Below, piece by piece: positions 55,833-64,000 of a stretch of 64,000 bases of DNA. The notes beneath the pieces are model-generated. The model was given only the letters and a program-made list of their open reading frames with translations. It did not search any database and was not told where the DNA came from. Where the stretch lies: the NCBI GenBank assembly GCA_024638915.1, contig JAHEJJ010000005.1, positions 670 to 64,669 of the forward strand. Reading direction: 5' to 3'. Each line of letters begins with the position of its first letter. Position 1 is the first letter of the stretch. The stretch is from Robiginitalea sp. (GTDB taxonomy: Bacteria > Bacteroidota > Bacteroidia > Flavobacteriales > Flavobacteriaceae). A program made the translations under genes and the position numbers.

Positions 55833-55976
55833 CAAAATTATGCTGTAAAGAAACCAGGAAACATGGACCGGTCCATATCGCAGTTAGGAACCTAACCTAT
55901 TCTTTGTTTTGTTGATTCAGCATGACTTACAACTATAAATTTCTGGTTATTTTTTAATATTTTCGAGGATATTAGG

Positions 55977-56297
55977 ATGATTGAGATAAAACAGCAAAAA
56001 AACAATACGTACCAGTTTCGATTAAAAGCGGCTGGCGGTCAGACCCTGCTAAAAAGCATCGCTTTTAACAGTCGTGAAGAAATTGAACAAACCGTAAAGC
56101 AATTAGCTCCATTGACCAATGATTATAATATCATCGAAAGGAAAACCAACTACGAGGGGAATTTTATGTTCAACTTAAAAGACAGGAGCGGAAAAGTCAT
56201 TGGAAATAGTCTCCTGTATAATTCGGAGGCGGGCATGGAAAACGGAATCTCGAACCTTAAACGCAGTATACGTTCGTTGGCTAAGCCTGGCCTATAG
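55977..56297 (+). CDS. YegP-family (DUF1508) protein
   Basis: 106 aa. Two DUF1508-type repeats (YQFRLKAAGGQTLLKS...; FMFNLKDRSGKVIGNS...). Confidence 0.65.
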   Translation: MIEIKQQKNNTYQFRLKAAGGQTLLKSIAFNSREEIEQTVKQLAPLTNDYNIIERKTNYEGNFMFNLKDRSGKVIGNSLLYNSEAGMENGISNLKRSIRSLAKPGL

Positions 56298-57321
56298 TAC
56301 AGGTTTTCAATACTTCCAAAACCCTCTGGTGCATACTTTCAACATAATCCAGATGCGTTACCATACGAAGCTTCCCCTGTCCCATACCGATAAGATGAAT
56401 ATTATGATCGGCCAGATATGAGATGAACGCTTCCTGTCGGATAAGTGAAGTGTTTAGCTCAAATATGATGATATTGGTCTCGATAGGTTCTACCCTGCTG
56501 ATATAGGGTAGATTTTCAAGCGTAGCTCCAATATCAATCGCTTTTTGATGATCTTCCGCCAATCGGTCTAAATGATGATCCAAAGCATAAATACCTGCTG
56601 CTGCCAGGTAACCGGCCTGTCTCATTCCCCCACCCAGTATCTTTCTGATCCGGAGCGCCCGGTGAATAAGTTCTTTATCGCCTACAAGTACCGAACCCAC
56701 TGGACATCCAAGGCCTTTACTCAGACAGACACTTATAGAATCGAATAAGGTACCATACTGTTGGGGAGTTTCCTGACGGGCCACCATCGCATTCCAGATT
56801 CTCGCCCCATCGAGATGATAAGCTAAACCATTTTCATCACAAACTTCCCTGATCTTTTGCAGTTCCCTGAAATCCCAGCAGGCTCCTCCCCCTTTGTTTG
56901 TAGTATTTTCAACACATACCAAAGCGCTCAACGGGCTATGATAAAAATCTGGAGGGTTGATCGCCTCCAACACCTGTTCGGCGGTCATCATCCCTCTGGT
57001 TCCATCTACAAGCTTACAGCTAACGCCGCTATTGAAGCTAACGCCACCTCCTTCATAATTGTAGACATGGGCATATTTGTCACAAATCAATTGATTTCCT
57101 GGCGCTGTATGGAGTTTTATAGCCGTTTGGTTAGTCATGGTACCACTGGGGAAAAACAAGGCGGCTTCCATCCCAAACATACCGGCAACTTTATCCTCAA
57201 GTTCATTCACACTAGGGTCTGCCTTAAAAACATCGTCCCCTACTCTGGCGTTCATCATCGCTTCGAGCATCCCATTTGTGGGCCTGGTTACCGTATCGCT
57301 GATCAAGTTTATTTCTGTCAT
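56281..57321 (-). CDS. ltaE: Low-specificity L-threonine aldolase
   Basis: 346 aa. DTVTRPT N-terminal motif, and the PLP-lysine region SVCLSKGLG. Its 3-prime end overlaps the convergent yegP-like gene by 17 nt. Confidence 0.85.
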   Translation of the reverse strand: MTEINLISDTVTRPTNGMLEAMMNARVGDDVFKADPSVNELEDKVAGMFGMEAALFFPSGTMTNQTAIKLHTAPGNQLICDKYAHVYNYEGGGVSFNSGVSCKLVDGTRGMMTAEQVLEAINPPDFYHSPLSALVCVENTTNKGGGACWDFRELQKIREVCDENGLAYHLDGARIWNAMVARQETPQQYGTLFDSISVCLSKGLGCPVGSVLVGDKELIHRALRIRKILGGGMRQAGYLAAAGIYALDHHLDRLAEDHQKAIDIGATLENLPYISRVEPIETNIIIFELNTSLIRQEAFISYLADHNIHLIGMGQGKLRMVTHLDYVESMHQRVLEVLKTCTIGQA

Positions 57322-57327
57322 AGATCT

Positions 57328-59730
57328 TTAGAATTCACAATCCATCCCGATGGGTGATCCATCCGGGATCTTGGGGACAGAAATTGTTTTAAAGCTGGCG
57401 GGTTCTTTGAAGTAAGAATTGATCATTCTGATCATCTCCGCCCTATCGGTGGTTACTTCCTTCCCTGTCCATTTAGTAGTAATTTGCTTAAGTTTCAGAT
57501 GGCAGATAGCGCGTACCTGAGGATTGGTGCTCTCGGTCGAGCCCAAAGATATCAAATGTTCTAAAACCCTATAATTTATCGCGCTTTGAACGCTTGAGAG
57601 ATAATCATTCTGCTGTGATTTCATCAAAGTACGATCTAAAATCATGTCTATGACCTCTTGCAATCCGAGCTGGTTTGAAGACAAGCTTTTCTGCTGTATC
57701 AATCTCGAGGCCCGTTCAGGATGTAATATTAGTGCGAGGCTGAGATCGGCCGCGGTTTGGGCTGCTCCAATCGGGTCAAAAGCCGTTCCCGTATATCCTT
57801 TAAAAGACTCCCTGGTTCTCCCGTAACCGATAGCTCTTGGAGGAAAGAGCGAAAGCTTTTCAACAGGTATGGCCACCACGGATGCGTCTAAGGTCCTCAG
57901 CACGGCCTTAAGAGCTTCTTCTTGTTCCTTTCTGCTAACCATGGAATGATCCGGGAGATTATCGCCCTTTACAGAATAGTGATAATCCAAACCTCCGATA
58001 AGTTTTACGGCTGCCTCGGTCTGATAGCGGTGGAAAAGATAAAGCGGAACAAAAACATCTTCCAGTACCGCTCTAGGCTCATTAGCCCGAATATTATCAA
58101 TAGAAAAATTCTCAATGGCCCTCTCTCTCACAGCAAGAACCCTGTTCAATTCCTCACTGGGACTGGCTCCATTATCCCAAAGGTGTGCCTTGGCATGTGC
58201 CCCACCCCTGGGTCTTGCGTCCTGATCTGACATATATTGAAGTCCCATTTCATACGCAGTTTCGAGAATGCTGTTCAAAGCTGCCCGTTCATCGGTGCCT
58301 TCCTGAAAATCTGAATATGAATAGGCTACACTCACTTTGTCCCATTGACCAATGCCGCTATCATAGGCATTGCTGAAATCGATCTGATTGCCATCTAATT
58401 CGATCTTTGGATGTGGGTAATCCATCACCGAAGCCCTGCTATTAGTGCTGGCCGCGAAGTTATGAGCAAATCCAAGCGTATGACCCACCTCGTGTGCCGA
58501 CAATTGCCGGATGCGTGCTAATGCCAATTCCAGCATAACACTATCATTGTCATCTCTCTCCGAAAAAGGGGTATTTGAGAGTGCCTGGGCAATCAGGAAG
58601 TCTTGTCTGATTCGAAGGCTCCCAAGGCTAACATGGCCTTTTAGAATCTCGCCTGTTCGAGGATCTATTACACTGTTTCCGTAGCTCCATCCCCGGGTAG
58701 ATCGGTGTACCCATTGAATTACATTGTAGCGTACATCAAGCGGATCGGCATCATCGGGCAAGATCTTTACCTGAAAAGCATTTTGATATCCATTTGCTTC
58801 AAAGGCCTGATTCCACCAACGGGCGCCTTCCAGTAATGCTGTGCGAACCGGTTCCGGGGTCCCATTGTCGAGATAATAAATAATAGGCGCTATCGCCTCA
58901 CTGCGCTCCGCCGAGGGATCTTTCTTTTTAAGGCGGTGTCTGGTGATATATCTCTTCACAATGGGCTCCTGTACAGGGCTAGCGTAATCATAGTACGAAT
59001 ATGGATAGGAACCCGATCTTGGATCGAAATCTCGCTTTTCATAGGCCGCTTCAGGCAATGCGATAAAGGAATGATGCTGAGCTACAGTAATAAAACCAGG
59101 ATTAGGCACAACAGACCGGATCATTTCCCCCTTGGGTTCTCCTTTGAAAGTTAGCCAAATATCAAATTCAATATTCTTTGGAAATGACTTAGTCCTCGAC
59201 ATATTAAACGCACTCCTGTTCTTATCTAATTCGTAAGACCCCTGTTCCATGCTTTTCAAACGTCTGGAAACCCCATGGGCATCGCGTAACAGAAAGTCGG
59301 TAATATCGATGAGGTACTGTCCGTTGTTTTCTTCAAGGATGGGTGCGCCAAAAAGCACCGATTTGGCAAAGGCTTGTTCCACCGACAATCGCTCCAGTGT
59401 ATTTGCCGTCTCTGCCCGAAACTTCATATTGGGCTGGACCAGGAGGAGTTTATTGCCAGCCTTTTTAAATAACACAACTTGTTCATTTCCAATTTGCCCC
59501 CTGTCTAAACCTAAATCATTACTTCCAATACCACTGCTCAGAGAATACACATAGAGAAATTCCTCGTCCAGACGGTCTACTTCCAGGTATAGCTTATCTT
59601 TTTGATTATCGTAATAATAGTTGATGAAGCCTTCGGTTTTTATAAAGTTTTTTTTATCCAGCACTGTTTGTGCCTGGAGTGAAGCATAACAAAAGATCAG
59701 TGCTAGAGCGGTAAACAAGCTTTGTTTCAT
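57328..59730 (-). CDS. Secreted zinc metalloprotease (HExxH; DUF5117/DUF5118-type)
   Basis: About 800 aa from the ATG at 59730 (MKQSLFTALALIFCYASLQA signal peptide). Zn motif HEVGHTLGFAHN. The track extension from the TTG at 59775 is rejected. Confidence 0.8.
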   Translation of the reverse strand: MKQSLFTALALIFCYASLQAQTVLDKKNFIKTEGFINYYYDNQKDKLYLEVDRLDEEFLYVYSLSSGIGSNDLGLDRGQIGNEQVVLFKKAGNKLLLVQPNMKFRAETANTLERLSVEQAFAKSVLFGAPILEENNGQYLIDITDFLLRDAHGVSRRLKSMEQGSYELDKNRSAFNMSRTKSFPKNIEFDIWLTFKGEPKGEMIRSVVPNPGFITVAQHHSFIALPEAAYEKRDFDPRSGSYPYSYYDYASPVQEPIVKRYITRHRLKKKDPSAERSEAIAPIIYYLDNGTPEPVRTALLEGARWWNQAFEANGYQNAFQVKILPDDADPLDVRYNVIQWVHRSTRGWSYGNSVIDPRTGEILKGHVSLGSLRIRQDFLIAQALSNTPFSERDDNDSVMLELALARIRQLSAHEVGHTLGFAHNFAASTNSRASVMDYPHPKIELDGNQIDFSNAYDSGIGQWDKVSVAYSYSDFQEGTDERAALNSILETAYEMGLQYMSDQDARPRGGAHAKAHLWDNGASPSEELNRVLAVRERAIENFSIDNIRANEPRAVLEDVFVPLYLFHRYQTEAAVKLIGGLDYHYSVKGDNLPDHSMVSRKEQEEALKAVLRTLDASVVAIPVEKLSLFPPRAIGYGRTRESFKGYTGTAFDPIGAAQTAADLSLALILHPERASRLIQQKSLSSNQLGLQEVIDMILDRTLMKSQQNDYLSSVQSAINYRVLEHLISLGSTESTNPQVRAICHLKLKQITTKWTGKEVTTDRAEMIRMINSYFKEPASFKTISVPKIPDGSPIGMDCEF

Positions 59731-59789
59731 GGTTGGAGTATCAGGTCCTAAATTTATATAAAATTGGTTGCCCAACCATACTTAAGTAT

Positions 59790-59797
59790 TATTTTTG
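59790..59797 (+). promoter_or_regulatory. Candidate -7 promoter element (TATTTTTG) for prfB
   Basis: TAnnTTTG match ending 15 nt upstream of the ATG at 59813. Confidence 0.4.
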
Positions 59798-59812
59798 CTC
59801 AAACGCTATTTT

Positions 59813-60911
59813 ATGCTAAGCACAGATCAATACAAGGATCTTATTGAACGCCTGGGCGCGTTGAGGAGGTATCTTTGACATCGATACCAAACTTGTAGAA
59901 ATAGAGAACGAGGAGGAAAAAACACTTGCTCCCGATTTTTGGGATAACCCGATTAAAGCACAGGCCGAGATGAAACAACTTCAGGCCAAGAAAAAATGGG
60001 TGACCGACTTTAATCAGGCTTCAGCCCTGCTCTCCGACCTGGAGGTCATGCTCGAGTTTCACAAAGAGGGCGAAGTTGGCGATCAGGAAATTGCAGAATT
60101 ACATCAAAAAGCCATTGCACTGATCGAAGACCTGGAATTTCGAAACATGCTTTCCGAAGAAGGTGACGAGATGACCGCGGTATTGCAGATCACGGCAGGT
60201 GCCGGAGGTACTGAGAGCTGTGACTGGGCGGCTATGTTGATGCGCATGTATATGATGTGGAGCGAGAAGAACGGCTACAGGGTAAAAGAGTTAAATTATC
60301 AGGAAGGCGACGTGGCTGGCCTTAAAACCGTCACACTTGAAATAGAAGGAGATTTTGCCTTCGGCTGGTTAAAAGGAGAGAATGGCGTACACAGGTTGGT
60401 ACGGATCTCTCCGTTCGACAGCAATGCCAAACGCCATACATCGTTTGCCTCTGTTTATGTTTATCCGCTGGTTGACGACGGTATAGAGATAGAAATCAAT
60501 CCTTCCGACATAGAGATTACCACAGCGCGCTCCAGTGGTGCTGGTGGCCAGAATGTGAACAAAGTAGAAACCAAAGTACAGCTCGTACATAAACCCAGCG
60601 GGATACAGATCTCGTGTTCGGACTCCAGATCCCAGCACGACAACAGAGCTACTGCCATGAAAATGCTTAAGTCGCAGCTTTATGAAATAGAACTGCGAAA
60701 AAAACAAGAAGCAAGACAGGAAATAGAATCATCCAAACTTAAGATCGAATGGGGATCGCAGATCAGGAACTATGTCCTGCATCCATATAAGTTGGTGAAA
60801 GATGTTCGCAGCGGGGAGGAAACCGGCAATGTAGAAGCCGTACTCGATGGGGATATCAGCGCCTTCCTCAAGGCCTATTTAATGATGATGGGACAAAAAG
60901 AAGGCGGATAA
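59813..60911 (+). CDS. prfB: Peptide chain release factor 2, expressed through a programmed +1 ribosomal frameshift
   Basis: Frame 0 reads [21 protein letters not shown] and then TGA at 59876-59878. A shift of +1 at CTT-T-GAC joins it to the 59877-60911 frame ([14 protein letters not shown]...). The SPF tripeptide motif (ISPFDS), the GGQ motif ([10 protein letters not shown]) and RF-2 domains are present. Confidence 0.93.
59864..59879 (+). other. prfB +1 frameshift site: internal Shine-Dalgarno AGGAGG, 3-nt spacer, CTT TGA C
   Basis: The sequence AGGAGG TAT CTT TGA C has the same architecture as the E. coli prfB recoding site. Confidence 0.9.
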
Positions 60912-60954
60912 AGCAACCGCTGGCTGTATGATAGCGCCCGATTAACAATTGACA

Positions 60955-61302
60955 ATGATAGAGATATACCACAATCCAAGATGCAGGAAATCCAGAGAGG
61001 GGTTGGTGATTTTAGAAGAATCCGGACAAACCTTTAAAATAGTGGAATACCTGAAAGAAGTTCCTTCTAAAAAATACCTGTCGCAGCTTGTAAAAAAGCT
61101 GGGGATAAAGCCTGGGGAGTTATTGCGCAAGAATGAAGCGGTTTGGAAAGAACAGTACAAGGGCAAAGAACTTAGTGACGATGAAATACTGGAAGCCATG
61201 GTGAAGCATCCAAAACTTATCGAACGTCCCATTGTTATATCGGGAGATAGGGCGGTATTGGGAAGACCTCCGGAACTCATCGCTGAATTCATTTCCAAAT
61301 AG
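60955..61302 (+). CDS. ArsC/Spx/YffB-family thioredoxin-fold protein
   Basis: MIEIYHNPRCRKSREG N-terminal Cys motif and the C-terminal LIERPIV motif. The ATG at 60955 is preferred to the TTG at 60949. Confidence 0.75.
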   Translation: MIEIYHNPRCRKSREGLVILEESGQTFKIVEYLKEVPSKKYLSQLVKKLGIKPGELLRKNEAVWKEQYKGKELSDDEILEAMVKHPKLIERPIVISGDRAVLGRPPELIAEFISK

Positions 61303-61337
61303 ATCCTAAGTATTTGGGAGACAGTGAAAACAATGGT

Positions 61338-61345
61338 TATATTTG
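61338..61345 (+). promoter_or_regulatory. Candidate -7 promoter element (TATATTTG)
   Basis: Perfect TAnnTTTG match 30 nt upstream of the ATG at 61376. Confidence 0.4.
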
Positions 61346-61375
61346 TATCACCAAACTATAATTTAAAAATCTATA

Positions 61376-61849
61376 ATGAACCATAGATTATTTGGAATTT
61401 GGTTGATCGCTTTCTTTCTGTTGTGTTTGTCAACATCAGAGGCACAATACCGAAACGGATACCCTTATTCCGGTCGGTCCAATAGCATTATTCCGCAATC
61501 GAACGATGAGAAGCCTGAGCCCAAGGCTCTAACTTCCGAAGAAATAGTTGAAAAGGAAATGCCCCGCATTACGGAAGCCGCACAGCTCAATGATTTTGAG
61601 CAGGCCGTTGTCTCCTCGATCCTTACCAAATATGTTCAGCAATCAATCGAGCTTAGAATACTCGATCTGGAACCCCAAAAGACCCGTGAAAAGCTCGAAT
61701 TGATGAAGAAAAAGCAGAATGAAGAGCTCAAAGCAGGACTACCGGAAGACAAGTACAACATTATCGTTGAGATCCAGGAAAAAGGAGTTAGAAAAGTAAA
61801 GAGTCAGAAAAAGAAAGGAAAAAAGAAGAAAAAGGATAAAGATAATTAA
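61376..61849 (+). CDS. Hypothetical secreted protein with Lys-rich C-terminal tail
   Basis: 157 aa. Signal peptide LIAFFLLCLSTSEAQ. The C-terminus reads KVKSQKKKGKKKKKDKDN. Confidence 0.55.
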   Translation: MNHRLFGIWLIAFFLLCLSTSEAQYRNGYPYSGRSNSIIPQSNDEKPEPKALTSEEIVEKEMPRITEAAQLNDFEQAVVSSILTKYVQQSIELRILDLEPQKTREKLELMKKKQNEELKAGLPEDKYNIIVEIQEKGVRKVKSQKKKGKKKKKDKDN

Positions 61850-61877
61850 CGCTGAATAAATTCTTTAAGTAAATAAA

Positions 61878-61905
61878 AAGCCCGTAACCGGGCTTTATTT
61901 TTTAG
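61878..61905. terminator. Bidirectional rho-independent terminator
   Basis: Stem aagcccg / cgggctt with loop taac, flanked by an A run upstream and TTTATTTTTT downstream. Confidence 0.75.
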
Positions 61906-62075
61906 ATATCTTCTTTGGCTCTCCTGGCTTCACGCCTTTCCTTCCACATCTCCCTAAGGTTGCCTCCTACCCAGTAGGGAACGATAAAAAGCAACAACAG
62001 CATCATCAGCCAAAATCCAATGGTTACTATGGTCAGGAAGGCAAGAAATCCGAGGTATTGGTCAAACTCAAACAT
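61902..62075 (-). CDS. Unannotated 57-aa membrane protein
   Basis: Hand translation gives MFEFDQYLGFLAFLTIVTIGFWLMMLLLLFIVPYWVGGNLREMWKERREARRAKEDI. A perfect TATCTTTG -7 box (minus strand, 62098-62105) lies 22 nt upstream, and the stop abuts the bidirectional terminator. It is below the track cutoff. Confidence 0.5.
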   Translation of the reverse strand: MFEFDQYLGFLAFLTIVTIGFWLMMLLLLFIVPYWVGGNLREMWKERREARRAKEDI

Positions 62076-62223
62076 ATAATCGCTTTTTATTCAAAAGCAA
62101 AGATAATCTTAAAACTATCAATTGTACAAATTGGGATTAAAAATATTATAGTAAAATAGCATATTTTACCTTAGAAAAAGACTTGCTTTTGAGCTACCTT
62201 TACTCTTATTAAATATTGTACTT

Positions 62224-63621
62224 ATGAGTTACAGAGTTGAAAAAGACACCATGGGTGAAGTAAAGGTGCCTTCCGATAAATATTGGGGTGCACAGACAGA
62301 ACGTTCACGGAATAACTTCAAAATAGGCCCTCCGGCATCCATGCCGCTCGAAATTGTCTACGGCTTCGCGTATCTGAAAAAAGCCGCAGCCTATACCAAT
62401 TGCGATCTGGGCGTACTTTCTGAGGAGAAAAGAGATCTGATCGGAAGTGTTTGCGACGAAATTCTCACTGGGCAGCACGATGACCAATTTCCACTGGTGA
62501 TCTGGCAGACAGGTTCCGGAACTCAGAGCAATATGAATGTAAACGAAGTGATCGCAAATCGGGCTCATGTATTGGCGGGAAAAAAAATAGGGGAAGGCGA
62601 CAAAACATTACAGCCCAATGACGATGTCAATAAATCTCAGTCCTCGAACGATACATTCCCTACAGGAATGCATATTGCCGGATATAAAATGATCGTGGAA
62701 ACCACGCTGCCTGGAGTAAGACAGCTTCGGAACACGCTGGATAAAAAAGCAAAAGAATTCAAAGATGTGGTTAAAATTGGCCGTACCCACCTGATGGACG
62801 CTACACCGCTTACATTAGGTCAGGAATTTTCTGGATATGTTTCTCAGCTCGATCACGGTATTAAAACAGTGGAGCGTTCCCTTGATCACCTTAGTGAATT
62901 GGCCCTGGGAGGTACAGCTGTCGGGACCGGACTCAATACTCCCCCCGGTTACGACGTATTGGTGGCCAAGTATATCGCTCAATTTACCGGTCTACCTTTT
63001 ATTACTGCGGGGAACAAATTTGAGGCTCTTGCAGCCCACGACGCCTTTGTTGAAAGTCATGGTGCTCTCAAGCAACTTGCGGTATCGCTCAATAAAATTA
63101 CCAATGATATACGCATGATGGCTTCCGGGCCACGCTCAGGTATTGGTGAAATCATTCTCCCGGCGAATGAGCCGGGCAGTTCAATCATGCCTGGAAAAGT
63201 AAATCCTACCCAATGTGAGGCACTGACAATGGTATGCGCTCAGGTCTTTGGCAATGATGTAGCCATTAGTGTAGCAGGTACACAAGGACATTATGAACTG
63301 AACGTTTTCAAGCCGGTAATGGCAGCTAATTTGCTTCAATCGGCCAGATTACTGGGAGAGGCCTGCGTGAGTTTCGATCAGAATTGCGCCATCGGAATCA
63401 TGCCCAATCAGGAAGTTATTACCCGTCTGCTGAACAATTCCCTTATGCTTGTGACGGCCCTTAATACCAAAATTGGCTACTATAAGGCCGCTGAGATTGC
63501 CAACACGGCTCATCAAAATGGTACTACGCTGAGAGAAGAGGCAGTCCGACTTGGATATGTTACCGAGGAAGAATACGATCAATGGGTGCGACCAGAAGAT
63601 ATGGTTGGCGGTCTTAAATAG
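62224..63621 (+). CDS. fumC: Class II fumarate hydratase
   Basis: 465 aa. The [11 protein letters not shown] signature and full-length collinearity with FumC. Confidence 0.95.
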   Translation: MSYRVEKDTMGEVKVPSDKYWGAQTERSRNNFKIGPPASMPLEIVYGFAYLKKAAAYTNCDLGVLSEEKRDLIGSVCDEILTGQHDDQFPLVIWQTGSGTQSNMNVNEVIANRAHVLAGKKIGEGDKTLQPNDDVNKSQSSNDTFPTGMHIAGYKMIVETTLPGVRQLRNTLDKKAKEFKDVVKIGRTHLMDATPLTLGQEFSGYVSQLDHGIKTVERSLDHLSELALGGTAVGTGLNTPPGYDVLVAKYIAQFTGLPFITAGNKFEALAAHDAFVESHGALKQLAVSLNKITNDIRMMASGPRSGIGEIILPANEPGSSIMPGKVNPTQCEALTMVCAQVFGNDVAISVAGTQGHYELNVFKPVMAANLLQSARLLGEACVSFDQNCAIGIMPNQEVITRLLNNSLMLVTALNTKIGYYKAAEIANTAHQNGTTLREEAVRLGYVTEEEYDQWVRPEDMVGGLK

Positions 63622-63656
63622 CACCACTGTCTTCATAAACACCTCATAATATGGAA

Positions 63657-63692
63657 TAAAAAAAGGGGCCTTCAGATTGAAGGCCCCTTTTC
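63657..63692. terminator. Bidirectional rho-independent terminator
   Basis: Stem aaggggccttc / gaaggcccctt (11 bp) with loop agatt, flanked by an A run and a T run. It lies between convergent genes. Confidence 0.85.
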
Positions 63693-63710
63693 ATAGTAGG
63701 AAAGTGTTTA

Positions 63711-64000
63711 TTACTTCAGGGTGAACTTATTCGTCCCCAGAAGCTTCAAGCCGTCGTCATAGACATTAACCATGTAATTTCCTTTCTGGAATTCACCTCC
63801 CGGTTTGTCGATGTAATCACAAACGTCGATATTTCCATTCTCATAGTAGAAGAAAGTTCCTTTGCTGTAGGTAACAGAAGCACCGCCTTCATTAGATTTA
63901 GAATTTCCACCGCTTATCACATTGCCTTGTGGGTCAAGTACTTCGAGTAGAAACTCTCTATCACCTGCTTCTGCGATAACATTATCGGCTACAGTAAAAC
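63711..64000 (-). CDS. Hypothetical protein, C-terminal fragment (5-prime end outside the window)
   Basis: The frame stays open from 63921 to the window edge. The M at 63920 in the track is an internal GTG. The sequence is beta-rich, and I recognised no family. Confidence 0.4.
   Translation of the reverse strand, partial: FTVADNVIAEAGDREFLLEVLDPQGNVISGGNSKSNEGGASVTYSKGTFFYYENGNIDVCDYIDKPGGEFQKGNYMVNVYDDGLKLLGTNKFTLK

Noticed and set aside
55863-55876. Perfect 14-nt palindrome ATGGACCGGTCCAT after ybaB
   Set aside because: As a hairpin it would have only a 5-bp stem with a CCGG loop and no T run, so it is a weak terminator candidate. It may be a restriction-type palindrome occurring by chance.
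56281-56297. 17-nt 3-prime overlap between the yegP-like gene and ltaE
   Set aside because: Convergent 3-prime overlaps are common in compact genomes. There is no evidence of antisense regulation.
56857-57357. 166-aa plus-strand ORF overlapping ltaE and the protease gene
   Set aside because: It is a shadow ORF spanning two well-supported minus-strand genes.
59813-59878. Short 21-codon ORF ending in TGA upstream of the RF2 body, which could be read as a truncated or pseudogenised prfB
   Set aside because: The AGGAGG-N3-CTT-TGA-C context is the canonical programmed +1 frameshift site, so the gene is intact.

Overview
The window looks like a core chromosomal segment from a member of Bacteroidota, most likely a Flavobacteriia-type genome. 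Three things support this. Many genes are preceded by a TAnnTTTG -7 promoter box with A/T-rich leaders and no Shine-Dalgarno sequence. The gene content is typical of the group: BatA-domain protein, DUF4834, YfhO, PagL-like outer-membrane protein and lipoproteins with a Cys lipobox. The parE-parC-mscL and ferredoxin / LuxC-like / serC / serA synteny also fits.

About 60 protein-coding genes are densely packed on both strands. Many junctions are translationally coupled through ATGA overlaps. Recognisable housekeeping genes are mscL, parC, parE, ychF, serC, serA, folE, bcp, an nth-like gene, uvrA, ybaB, ltaE, fumC and prfB, which carries its programmed +1 frameshift. I could not recognise any rRNA, tRNA, CRISPR array, transposase or integrase by eye.

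The most unusual structure is a tandem duplication at 36.46-38.39 kb. Each copy is a complete transcription unit: long leader, ECF-type sigma-70 family factor, 68-nt spacer, an unannotated 47-aa ORF, then a terminator. The two sigma factors are nearly identical, while the two micro-ORFs have diverged strongly but keep the same length and termini.

Other points worth follow-up:
- A secreted Tyr/Asn/Arg-rich protein with a roughly 200-aa Ser/Arg/Lys tail, behind a 9-1-9 palindromic operator-like site.
- A four-gene ATGA-coupled ABC / LolA-like operon.
- A YfhO-GT4-Wzx operon.
- A candidate cysteate synthase plus alpha-oxoamine synthase pair, possibly for sulfonolipid synthesis.
- An endonuclease III homologue lacking the Fe-S cysteines.
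- A dihydroorotase-like protein with a degenerate HxH motif, coupled to a BatA-domain membrane protein.
- Polybasic C-terminal tails on several exported proteins.
- An AT-rich repeat tract in front of an orphan gene.

All functional calls rest on motif recognition by eye. No database search was run.
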